Assembly: GCA_040754495.1 (NCBI GenBank)
Contig: JBFMCO010000041.1
Span: forward strand, 1-54,616
DNA length: 54,616 bases
From: Candidatus Micrarchaeota archaeon
Lineage (GTDB): Archaea > Micrarchaeota > Micrarchaeia > Anstonellales > Bilamarchaeaceae
Direction of reading: 5' to 3'
A program made the position numbers and the translations under genes. This document shows, piece by piece, positions 45,223 through 54,132 of this stretch. Below the pieces are notes generated by a model that saw nothing but the letters and a program-made list of their open reading frames with translations, made no database searches and was not told the origin of the DNA. Positions within the stretch are counted from its first letter, which is position 1. The number at the start of each line of letters is the position of its first letter.

Positions 45223-47634
45223 TCAATCATCGCCGAAAGAGCCTGCGTCCTCGTCCTTGTCGGCTTTCTGCAGGCTGGAGAGGCGGTGCAGTATTATCTT
45301 CTGCTCCGCGCTCGCAACTATCTTCCTTGTCCGCTCCACAGCGTCGGGATTGACCGACATGCTCGTTATGCCGAACTCGACGAGCTTCTCGGCGAACTCC
45401 GGATAGACCGAAGGGGCCTGGCCGCACAGCGAGCTCGTCACGCCATATTTGTTGCACGTCGTGACGACGCGCTTGAGGGCCCGGAGCACCGCCTCGTTCC
45501 TCTCGTCGAATCCCTTGGCCATCGTCGCGTTGTCCCTGTCGATGCCCAGAATCAGCTGGGTGAGGTCGTTCGTGCCTATGGAGACGCCGTCGATGCCCTC
45601 CTTGCAGAACTGGTCTATGAGCATCACGGTGCTCGGCACCTCCACCATTATCCAGAGCTTGAAGTCCCTCGTGCGGTAGAGCTCGACCTCCTCCATGGTG
45701 TCCTTGATGGCGCGCAGCTCCCCTATCCTCCGGATGAACGGTATCATCAGCCAGAGGTTCTTCAGGTGGTACTCCTCGCGCACCTTCTTTATGGCCTCGA
45801 GCTCCATCTTGAAGAGCTCCGGCTCGCGGATGTACCTGGAGGCGCCCCGGTAGCCCATCATGGGGTTCTCCTCGTGCGGCTCGTACTTGTCCCCGCCCTC
45901 GAGGTTCCGGTATTCGTTCGTCTTGAAATCCGTGGCGCGGTACACCACTGGCCTCGGATAAAATGCCGCCGCGAACTTGCGCAAGTCGTCCGCAAGCATG
46001 TCTATGAACTCCTGCTGCTTCCCTTCCTCGAGCATCTTCCTCGGGTGCTTGCCGATCTCGGCTATCATGAACTCGGCGCGAAGCAGGCCAACGCCGTCGC
46101 AGGGGAGCCTGGACACCTTCTCGGCCTGGTCCACGTCGGCCAGGTTCACGTAAATCTTCGTCCCGGTTATGGGCGCCGCGGCGGCGGCGACCGCCTGGAC
46201 TGCCGCCCCGGCCGCGCCCGGCTTCGCCGCAGCCTCCGGCGCGGAGACTAAGCCCTCGTAGATTATGCCGTGGCTCCCGTCCACGCTGATGTCCATCCCG
46301 TCCTTGAGGGTGGCGGTCGCGTTTCCTGTGCCGACGACGCATGGTACGCCCAGCTCGCGGCTGACTATGGCCGCGTGGCTGGTCATGCCGCCGGTGTCTG
46401 TTACGATGGCGGAAGCCTTCTTCATGCCCGGCACGAAGTCCGGCGTTGTCATCTCGGTGACAAGCACGTCCCCGCGCTCCATGTTCTTGATTTCCTTCGC
46501 GCTCCGCACTATCTTGACCTTGCCCATGCCCATGCCTGGCGAGGCGCCGAGCCCGCGCACGATTATCTTAGCCCCGCTCACGCCTCCGGACGCGCCGGGC
46601 GCGGCTGGCCTCGCCTGCGCTGATGCGCCTCCCTTCACAAGCTCGCCTCCGGTGCCTTTCTCAAGCCCCTTCTTGTCGGCCAGCGTGGTTATCGGCCTGG
46701 CCTGGACTATGTAGAGGTTGTCCTTCTCGAATGCGTATTCTATGTCCTGAGGGTATTCGTAGTGCTCCTCGATTTTCTTGCATATCTTCGCGAGGTCGCG
46801 TATCTCGGTGTCCGACAGCTTCTGCCTTCCCTGCGCCTCGTCCTTGATGTCGACCCTCTTGTTCTTCCCTTCCATCTTTATGAGCATCCAGGGCTGCTTC
46901 ACGACGCTCTTGTCGATAATGCGGAAATCCCTCTTGTCCACCCTGTAGGTGTCGGGCGTCACCTGGCCGCTCACCACGACCTCTCCGAGCCCGTATGCGG
47001 TCTCGACGGACATGATTTCCGGGTCCTGGTACAGGGGGTCCACCGTGAATACGACGCCGGCCTTCTCGCTCTGGACCATCATCTGCACGACGGCGGCGAG
47101 GCCGACCTTCATGTGCTCGAACTTGTTCTCCACCCTGTAGAATATGGCCCTTGGCTCGAAGAGCGACGCCCAGCACTCCTTGACCGCCTTGACGACGTCC
47201 TCGGGCCCGATGATATTGAGGTACGTCGATTGCTGTCCCGCGAAGCTCGCGGTGGGAAGGTCCTCTGCGGTGGCGCTGCTCCGGACGGCCACGTATACCT
47301 GCCGGCCCGCCATCTCGCACAGCTGCTTGTATGAGGAGAGCACGTCGTTCTGCACGTCCACCGGCATGCTGCCCTTTATTATCATCTCCTTTATCTGCTC
47401 GGATGCCTTCATGAGCGCGTCGTTGTCGCTGACATCCAGGGCATCGAGGATGCGCTTTACCGGCTCGCGGAGGTTGTTCGCATCAAGATGCTTGTAGTAC
47501 GAGCCTGCGGTAACCACGAAACCGTTCGGTATGGGGAACCCGTTCCCGAGCATCTCGCCAAGATTTGCCCCCTTCCCGCCAGCCTCTGCCAGGCTCTTCC
47601 TGCTGAGCTCCTTGAACCACATGACGTTTTTCAT
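45223..47634 (-). CDS. ppsA: Phosphoenolpyruvate synthase (pyruvate,water dikinase)
   Basis: GGKGANLGE, AVRSSATAEDL..ASFAGQ, the phospho-His motif GGMTSHAAIVSRE, EENPMMGYRG and SIGTNDLTQ. Confidence 0.98.
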   Translation of the reverse strand: MKNVMWFKELSRKSLAEAGGKGANLGEMLGNGFPIPNGFVVTAGSYYKHLDANNLREPVKRILDALDVSDNDALMKASEQIKEMIIKGSMPVDVQNDVLSSYKQLCEMAGRQVYVAVRSSATAEDLPTASFAGQQSTYLNIIGPEDVVKAVKECWASLFEPRAIFYRVENKFEHMKVGLAAVVQMMVQSEKAGVVFTVDPLYQDPEIMSVETAYGLGEVVVSGQVTPDTYRVDKRDFRIIDKSVVKQPWMLIKMEGKNKRVDIKDEAQGRQKLSDTEIRDLAKICKKIEEHYEYPQDIEYAFEKDNLYIVQARPITTLADKKGLEKGTGGELVKGGASAQARPAAPGASGGVSGAKIIVRGLGASPGMGMGKVKIVRSAKEIKNMERGDVLVTEMTTPDFVPGMKKASAIVTDTGGMTSHAAIVSRELGVPCVVGTGNATATLKDGMDISVDGSHGIIYEGLVSAPEAAAKPGAAGAAVQAVAAAAAPITGTKIYVNLADVDQAEKVSRLPCDGVGLLRAEFMIAEIGKHPRKMLEEGKQQEFIDMLADDLRKFAAAFYPRPVVYRATDFKTNEYRNLEGGDKYEPHEENPMMGYRGASRYIREPELFKMELEAIKKVREEYHLKNLWLMIPFIRRIGELRAIKDTMEEVELYRTRDFKLWIMVEVPSTVMLIDQFCKEGIDGVSIGTNDLTQLILGIDRDNATMAKGFDERNEAVLRALKRVVTTCNKYGVTSSLCGQAPSVYPEFAEKLVEFGITSMSVNPDAVERTRKIVASAEQKIILHRLSSLQKADKDEDAGSFGDD

Positions 47635-47697
47635 AAATTGCTCACCGCCGAGATTTGAGCTTAAATCGCATATATCGTTTATAAAACTTGGCCGGCG

Positions 47698-48795
47698 TCA
47701 TCTGGCATCGGAGACCTTTTCGAATAGCTCGAGCGGATTCTGGTAAATAATCCTGCCGTCGATGAGCCTGTACGTCTCGAAATGCAGGTGGGGCGTTATC
47801 GTCCCGGTCATCCCGACCGTGCCTATCCTCTGGCCCCTCGCGATATGCTGGCCTTCCGAGACCTCGATGGAATTCAGGTGGACGAACCGCATGCGCAGGC
47901 CGTTTTCGCACCTGACTTCAAGGGTGTTCCCTCCCCTCTCCGACCGGGAGATTGTGGCGACCTCGCCCTCAAGCGGGGCTATTATGCCGGTCCCTATGGG
48001 TGCGTGTATGTCCAGGGCGTAATGCCTGTATCCACCTGCCCTCACCTCGCCATAGCTTTTCGGGAGGAAGCCGAGCGGCACCTTCTGGAGGCCGCGCTTC
48101 ACATAGACGTCTTCCGCCCGCTCAGCCCTCCGGTTCGCCTCCGGCACAGGGAAGGCGATGGCAGGCATCCCCTCCCTCCTTGGCACTGCGAGCATCCCAT
48201 CGGGCCGCCCCTGCCGGGCAGGCGCTCCCGTGGCATAGGAAAAAAGCGCGAAAAGGGCCGCGCCATCCACGCCACCTTCGGTGCCGATGGGCCGCCCTGA
48301 GAAATCAGTGAAGCCGGCGGCGTTAAGGGTAGCGCGCAGCTCCCCGGCATCTGCGAACCCGGAATACCTCAAGACAGCCCGGAGGGCATCAAGATACGCC
48401 ATGTCTTCCTGATTCACCCTCAGGATGGGGTAAATAGCAGCCCTCAGGCCCTCGAGGGCATGTGAGTTCGCTCCCCGCGCGCCGTTTAGCTCTTCCCTGA
48501 ACTCGCCCTCCTGCAGAAACCTGAAAAGCGCGCATACCGTGTCCGCCCCGAGCGTCCCGGTGGACTCGATTTCCCTTCCGCTGAAGCTCCGTATCCCCCT
48601 CTGCCGGAGAAACGTCTGGAGACCATTGACGTCGGAAACGCCCAGGACCGGGCCGGCTATCCGCATGACCTGGGGCGCCGCTCCGGATAGATTCCCAAGC
48701 CCGTTCTGCAGAAGCAGGAGCTCCATGTACTGGGCGAAGGGCAGGACGTCGCCCGGCCTCTCCTCCCTCCTCTGCGCCTGTGCCGGGCCTGTCAT
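47698..48795 (-). CDS. M23 (LytM-type) endopeptidase with two peptidoglycan-binding-like repeats
   Basis: C-terminal HYALD...HLN...TPHLHFE gives the HxxxD/HxH zinc motifs. Upstream repeats are FL..RG...FSG..I...G.LG..T..ALF and LNAAGF.DFSG..I...G.VD...LFALF. Start trimmed to ATG 48795. Confidence 0.88.
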   Translation of the reverse strand: MTGPAQAQRREERPGDVLPFAQYMELLLLQNGLGNLSGAAPQVMRIAGPVLGVSDVNGLQTFLRQRGIRSFSGREIESTGTLGADTVCALFRFLQEGEFREELNGARGANSHALEGLRAAIYPILRVNQEDMAYLDALRAVLRYSGFADAGELRATLNAAGFTDFSGRPIGTEGGVDGAALFALFSYATGAPARQGRPDGMLAVPRREGMPAIAFPVPEANRRAERAEDVYVKRGLQKVPLGFLPKSYGEVRAGGYRHYALDIHAPIGTGIIAPLEGEVATISRSERGGNTLEVRCENGLRMRFVHLNSIEVSEGQHIARGQRIGTVGMTGTITPHLHFETYRLIDGRIIYQNPLELFEKVSDAR

Positions 48796-49145
48796 GGCAT
48801 CATCAATCCTTATTAGGCATTTTAAACCATCCGGCTGCGACGCCTGGATCCGGTTGAAGCGCGGACAGCGCTCTGCCCGCAGCGGGTTAAAAACCGGCGA
48901 ACGAAGGTAGGGGGTTCCCGAGTGGGAGGGTGACGTCCGCCGGTTTAGTGGATACTGGTCAGCATGAGGCTCTCCGGGGCCCGAACCCCGCGACCAATCC
49001 AAAAAAGTGGAATCGCCGCTTCAGGCCATGCTTCCCGCATCTCACGTATGGGACGCTGCTCCGGCGTATAAAAACGTTTTCCCCGGTTTCCGGAAATTAT
49101 TACACGAATTCGCCGGATTAGCTGCTCAAAACTGGAAAATTTCTG

Positions 49146-50012
49146 TCAATGCTTCCTGCGGAGGAGCTCGCCCAGCTGCCCTATCGTTTCCCGGAGCGGG
49201 CCGGCAAGGTCAGAGCCGAGGACGGATACGAGCTGGTCCAGGAATCCTATGGCATCGGCAGCCGAGCCGCTCCTGAAGGGAGCATCGAAATGGGCAAGCT
49301 CCTTCCCGAGGAAAACCCTGAGGTCGCCGTCGATATCCGACGTGTCCATTTTGAAGAATGCCTTCCGCACTTCCCGCTCGCCAAAGCCCTGCGCGAGGAC
49401 GTTCACGAGCAGGTTGGGGTAGAATATCGGGGCGAAGCTCATCCTGATGGCCGCTTCGTCATACTCCAGGATGTGCGGGACCTCGTCGCTCTCATGCCCT
49501 GCAGCCTGCAGGGAATACCGGCAGAACCCTTCCTCGAATGCGCCCGGGAGGCCCTTCACGGCCGCGTGCAGATGCTCGTGCATCGTCGTGGCAAGCTCCC
49601 TGCCGGTTCCGGACCTGATGATTATCATCGGCGGCTTGTTGTCGAACTTCATCGTCTGGCCGAGGATTTCCGAGGTAGGGTCCTCGCTGAATCTTATGAA
49701 CGGGAGGAAGGCGACGGGATTGTCAAGCACCGGCTGGAGGCTTCCGGCATGCTCCGGAAATGTCTCCAGGAGCTTCATTCTCGACATAATGGTGAGATTC
49801 ACGAAACCTTCGGGGTCATCAAGCGACGTCACGGCCCCGCTTTTCTGCCCGTGCCTGAGGAGCCGGGAATAGAAGATGCCCTTGAAAACCCGGAACCGGA
49901 TGAGGGAGTCCACCAGCTTCTCGTCCGGAGGCTTGTTCGAGAGCAGATTCGTCACGAATTCGCAATAGCTGGCCTCGTACATCCCGTACCATTCCTTGAG
50001 CTCCTTGGCCAT
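49146..50012 (-). CDS. HExxH zincin-like metalloprotease candidate
   Basis: TMHEHLHA followed by AFEEGF, a gluzincin-like third ligand. Start ATG 50012. Confidence 0.6.
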   Translation of the reverse strand: MAKELKEWYGMYEASYCEFVTNLLSNKPPDEKLVDSLIRFRVFKGIFYSRLLRHGQKSGAVTSLDDPEGFVNLTIMSRMKLLETFPEHAGSLQPVLDNPVAFLPFIRFSEDPTSEILGQTMKFDNKPPMIIIRSGTGRELATTMHEHLHAAVKGLPGAFEEGFCRYSLQAAGHESDEVPHILEYDEAAIRMSFAPIFYPNLLVNVLAQGFGEREVRKAFFKMDTSDIDGDLRVFLGKELAHFDAPFRSGSAADAIGFLDQLVSVLGSDLAGPLRETIGQLGELLRRKH

Positions 50013-50190
50013 CGGAGCGTGCCTTGCCTGTATCCTGCATTGGGGGCCTGTTGTTTGCAGAGCGGGCTGCATCTTACACCTCTCTCGTGGATAGCGTCCG
50101 CGCCTGCTTTATAGAGATATTCTCTTTTTTTGAAGAATTTTTACAAACATGATACATATAGATAAAAACTGTTTTAGAAATATTCTATGC

Positions 50191-50625
50191 ATGGACGAGG
50201 TGGATGAGGACATCCTCGGGGAGCTCAGGAAAGACGCGAAGGTCAGCCTGAAGCTCCTCGCAAGGCGGTTCGGCATTCCTCTCTCGACCCTGTACCAGAG
50301 GATAAAGAAGCTGGAGGAAGGCGGGATCATAAGGAACTACACGGTGAATCTCGACTGGCGCAAGCTCGGCTTCGGCATCACGGCGTTCGTGATGGTGTTC
50401 GTCGACACCACGAAGCTCCGCGAGCTGCGCAAATCGCAGGACGAGATTCTCGTGGAGCTCTCGCGGCTGCCGTTCGTATACGACGCCACGATGGTGACCG
50501 GCGAGTCCGACTTGCTCCTCAAGGTGCGGGCGAGAGACACGGACCATCTTGGGAAGCTCATAACCGAGAAAATCCAGAGCGTCCCGGGGATCGTGAACAC
50601 GAAGACCATGGTGTCTATAAGTTAA
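50191..50625 (+). CDS. Lrp/AsnC family transcriptional regulator
   Basis: MDEVDEDIL.EL..DA, RIKKLEEGGII..YT and VTGESDLL motifs. Confidence 0.96.
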   Translation: MDEVDEDILGELRKDAKVSLKLLARRFGIPLSTLYQRIKKLEEGGIIRNYTVNLDWRKLGFGITAFVMVFVDTTKLRELRKSQDEILVELSRLPFVYDATMVTGESDLLLKVRARDTDHLGKLITEKIQSVPGIVNTKTMVSIS

Positions 50626-50650
50626 AAACCTGCCATGATAGTACTTGCTT

Positions 50651-51433
50651 ATGGCGGAGATCCAGCTTAATTCCTGCTGCGGCGGCATCTTCTTTTTCGG
50701 CTTCGGCCTCCTTCTCATCTACGGGGCAGTGCAGAGGTACATGCTTGCCCAGAAGATACGCAACACGCCGACATCGAAAGTCCGCTCGGCCGCGGTCGGG
50801 CTCGCCGAGCTTTTCGGCAAGGCCTCATGCAGGGCGGACATGCAGAGCCCGGTATCGAAGGCAAAGTGCGCCTACTACCGCCTGACCGGCGAATACTACT
50901 ACCAGACGCGGAAAAGCAGCGGCTGGAAGCAGTTCTTCAGGCGCGAGTCGTCCCAGCAGTTCTTCCTTGAAGACGACACCGGGAAGATGCTGGTCGAGCC
51001 CGCAGGCGCCGAGATAGACATCCCGAGCGATTTCCAGTGCACGGGCCATCTCAGCGAGGGCGGCATCCTCGGCATGTTCAAGGCCACGCTTCTGGACAAG
51101 AAGGTCATGGATTTCCTCGCCTCGGATGATGCTGCGAAGAACTCTTTCAACCAGTATTCCAGCCGCAACCTGCGCGTGACGGAGTACTACATCGCGGACG
51201 GCGACCCGCTCTACGTGCTTGGCACCGCCACGCCGCTTTCCGGCTCATCCAGCGCGGTCGCGCACGAGAACCTCATCATGAAGAAGGGTGCGGACCAGCT
51301 CATGTACGTCAGCGACTCCCACGAGAAGAAGGCGCTAGAGAAGGTGCAGGGCGGCATATGGTGGATGCTCGGCCTCGGCTTCGTGCTCGGCGCGATAGGT
51401 TTATTTGTCCTGCTTACGACTTTCGGGGTGTGA
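50651..51433 (+). CDS. GIDE-domain membrane protein (E3 ubiquitin ligase MUL1/SP1 intermembrane-domain-like, no RING)
   Basis: TM, TPTSKVRS, FFLEDDTGK.LV, EYYI..GD.LYVLG, YVSDSHE and a terminal TM. Confidence 0.8.
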   Translation: MAEIQLNSCCGGIFFFGFGLLLIYGAVQRYMLAQKIRNTPTSKVRSAAVGLAELFGKASCRADMQSPVSKAKCAYYRLTGEYYYQTRKSSGWKQFFRRESSQQFFLEDDTGKMLVEPAGAEIDIPSDFQCTGHLSEGGILGMFKATLLDKKVMDFLASDDAAKNSFNQYSSRNLRVTEYYIADGDPLYVLGTATPLSGSSSAVAHENLIMKKGADQLMYVSDSHEKKALEKVQGGIWWMLGLGFVLGAIGLFVLLTTFGV

Positions 51434-51437
51434 TGAA

Positions 51438-52025
51438 ATGGCCGAGTTCGCACTAATCGCCTGCTGCGGTTTCTTCCTGTTCGTGCTTGCCCTGCTTGCA
51501 GGGTTCTACGTGCTTTCCATCTACAACGGGCTCGTGTCATTGCGCAACAACATGGACAAGGCATGGGCGAACATAGACGTGCTGCTCAAGCAGCGCTCGG
51601 ACCTCATCCCGAACCTTGTGGAGGCCGTGAAGGGCTACATGAAATACGAGAAGGGCACCCTCGAGGAGCTGACGAAGCTCCGCACGGCCATGATGGGAGC
51701 GAAGTCGCCCCACGAGAAGGCAGCGGCCAGCGAAGGCATCAGCGCGGCCCTGAAGACGATATTTGCAGTTTCCGAGAACTACCCAAAGCTCCAGGCGAGC
51801 GAGAACTTCATGGAATTGCAGAAGCAGCTCTCGGCGATAGAGAACCAGATAGCGGACCGGAGGGAGTTCTACAACGATTCCGTGATGCTCTTCAACACCC
51901 GCATCCACTCCCTCCCGGACATGCTTTTCGCCTCGATGATGGGCATGAAGGACAGGGATTACTTCAAGGTCGCGGAAGAGGAGAAGAAGGTCGTTGAAGT
52001 CAAGCTCGAGGAGAAAAAGAGCTAG
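51438..52025 (+). CDS. lemA: LemA family protein
   Basis: YNGLV.LRN....AWANIDV.LKQR.DLIPNLV, ENYPKL.A..NF and RREFYN motifs. Confidence 0.97.
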   Translation: MAEFALIACCGFFLFVLALLAGFYVLSIYNGLVSLRNNMDKAWANIDVLLKQRSDLIPNLVEAVKGYMKYEKGTLEELTKLRTAMMGAKSPHEKAAASEGISAALKTIFAVSENYPKLQASENFMELQKQLSAIENQIADRREFYNDSVMLFNTRIHSLPDMLFASMMGMKDRDYFKVAEEEKKVVEVKLEEKKS

Positions 52026-52966
52026 CCACCGCTTGCCGCGAACCTTCTTGTCTCGACGTCGTAGCTTACTCTCTCTATGCTTCCGTCGGCCCCCAGATGG
52101 AATACTGTGCGCGAGCTGGGCGTCACCGGTGCGAAGAGGTCGGCGTTCCACGAGCGCGAAATCAGCGCGCCTACCGCCTTGTCGCTCTGTCCGGTCGAGC
52201 ACGATACGAGGACGACTAGCGGATGCGCGATAAGCGTGCCTCTCACGCCTTCCAGCTCGGTCCCGTCGCTGGTGTCTATCCTGCCAGCCTCGTCCTGCGC
52301 GCCGAGCTGGATTGATTCCGGCAGGCCGTGCCCGCCTATCACCATCGCGCTTATCCTGCCGTGTGCGGCCGAGATGTCGCGCATCCTCGAATAAAGCTGG
52401 CCCTCGTTCTCGACTTCCACGAGCAGGACCTTGTAGTGCGGAAGCAGGGCCTCCAGGTTCATCCCCTCCCTGTAGAACGCCCCGTTCCAGTCGCTCTTGT
52501 TGAAAGCGACCAGAAGAAGCGGGTCCGGAGAGCTGCTGGCGAGGCTTGCATGGACCTCAAGGAGGGTGCGTCTCGAATACCTCATGAAGAACCTGATGCC
52601 AAGCTCCCGGTTCAGGCTTCTTGTCATCCCTTCCCCGACGCTCGATATGGCATACCCGAAATTCAGGGCATCGACGTCATTCCCTTCCAGCCCCAGCTCC
52701 CTGGCGAGCCTGCGCCCGGCTTCGAGGTTTTCCGGCAGTCGCTCGAATGCCCCCCTGCTGTCCGGCGGGGCATGGTCCATAGCGCTCGTGAGCGCCTTTT
52801 CGGCAGTCTCCCTTCCGGAGGCATCGAGCATGCTGACTATCCGGCTCTGGACGGCAGTGGTATTCATCGTCGCGCATCCCCAGACGGGTTCAACTGCAAG
52901 GAACGCGCCTAGCGCTGCCACAGCGAGCCTGCTTTTCACGCCACCGGAAAGGAGTCGGTGTGCCAT
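52022..52966 (-). CDS. Putative secreted protein with a caspase/clan CD-like His-Cys dyad
   Basis: Signal/lipobox-like AVWGC, IGGHG and VLVSCSTG. The TATA TTTATATA lies about 25 nt upstream of ATG 52966. Confidence 0.55.
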   Translation of the reverse strand: MAHRLLSGGVKSRLAVAALGAFLAVEPVWGCATMNTTAVQSRIVSMLDASGRETAEKALTSAMDHAPPDSRGAFERLPENLEAGRRLARELGLEGNDVDALNFGYAISSVGEGMTRSLNRELGIRFFMRYSRRTLLEVHASLASSSPDPLLLVAFNKSDWNGAFYREGMNLEALLPHYKVLLVEVENEGQLYSRMRDISAAHGRISAMVIGGHGLPESIQLGAQDEAGRIDTSDGTELEGVRGTLIAHPLVVLVSCSTGQSDKAVGALISRSWNADLFAPVTPSSRTVFHLGADGSIERVSYDVETRRFAASGG

Positions 52967-53201
52967 GTCTTTCGTGGGAACCCAGCCTATATAAATTTTT
53001 ATTGAAAATATCAGGAATTTTTCTGCAAATTTTCTTCTTTCCGAGCCGGAAGCGGGAAAATTTTCATGCATGTCCCGTTGCCGCTCCCCGGGCGCGGCAG
53101 GATTCTTCCCTGGCGGCGGCGTTGCACCTGGAACATCCATGCCTAAAAGTGTAACAAATTTCACGCAACGAATAAATACGCGCCCCCGGCCCTATATTAG
53201 C

Positions 53202-54002
53202 ATGCGATTACAGCCAGCACCACCCATATGCGAAAAACCCGAGGCGAACCTGAGAGGCTGGGAGAGCGTCGCATCCAAATGGGAAAAGGTCCGCTGGCCG
53301 CGGCGCCCCAGATGGGCCGGGGAGTTCCAGAAAGCCGGGCCCCTGCTGTCCTTGGCGAAGGAGAAGGATGCGCTCGTCCTCGGGGCCACGCCCGAGTTCC
53401 GCGCCTGGCTTCATAAAAGCGGCGCGCGCGTTACGCTGTATGAGAAATCCCCCCTTTCCCTTTCCGCGATGAGCGCGATTCTCGAGGGCCAGCTGCGCGT
53501 CCGGCCGCCCCGGAGCGAGATTGTGATTCCGCACGACTGGGAAACCCCTGTCTATCCGCGGGAAGGGTATTCGCTCATCATGGGCGACATAGTGACGGGC
53601 TATATGGAAACTAAGGAGCGCTTTGCAGGATTCCTTGCCAAGGTCCATGACATGCTGAAGGACGGCGGGGTGTTCCTGCTTCGGGAATTCGTTTTCGAGC
53701 CGTGCCTCTGCCCGCCCGATGCAATAGCCAACGTGGATTTGCGCAGGTGGGCGTACATCCTCACGCCAGGCTTTGCGGTCGAAGGAAAAACCTTCTACGA
53801 GGAGAAGCTCGCGGCGAATCTCAGGCGGCTTGGGGATGCGGCCGCGCTTGCGACCTGCGCCAATCCCCCGAGGACGCGGCTCATGCTCACATACAAGGAT
53901 TTCAGCGACATGTTCCTGGAAGCCGGCTTCCGCGAGCAGGTGCTTGTCGCGCCCGAATCAAGAGACGGGCCGAAGCCTGCCCTATGGGCGCTTTGGAAAT
54001 GA
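53202..54002 (+). CDS. Class I SAM-dependent methyltransferase-like protein
   Basis: LVLGATPE motif I-like, YSLIMGD and LKDGGVF. Confidence 0.65.
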   Translation: MRLQPAPPICEKPEANLRGWESVASKWEKVRWPRRPRWAGEFQKAGPLLSLAKEKDALVLGATPEFRAWLHKSGARVTLYEKSPLSLSAMSAILEGQLRVRPPRSEIVIPHDWETPVYPREGYSLIMGDIVTGYMETKERFAGFLAKVHDMLKDGGVFLLREFVFEPCLCPPDAIANVDLRRWAYILTPGFAVEGKTFYEEKLAANLRRLGDAAALATCANPPRTRLMLTYKDFSDMFLEAGFREQVLVAPESRDGPKPALWALWK

Positions 54003-54132
54003 ACCTGGCTCGCGCTGGAGCATTGGAACATAAAGAAAAATAGAAAAGCGGTGTAGAAAGTGACGGCAAGATGCGCGCGACGGCCCGATATACGGGACGG
54101 AACGCGCAAGAGATAATCTTGGAGTGTTAGCC

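Noticed and set aside
15151-47334. Many long alternative-frame or antisense ORFs (e.g. 15151..16833, 22502..23773, 30810..32006, 34054..35880, 45227..46342)
   Set aside because: They overlap well-supported genes and have the Arg/Gly/Pro-rich composition expected of shadow frames in high-GC DNA.
48965-49050. tRNA-like segment (GGGGTTCGGGCCCC, CTTTTTT loop) on the minus strand
   Set aside because: The T-loop is non-canonical, the anticodon stem does not close a 7-nt loop, and there is no matching acceptor stem.
54003-54132. 5S rRNA downstream of 23S
   Set aside because: No 5S-like sequence was recognised. An unlinked 5S is common in archaea, so its absence is not remarkable.
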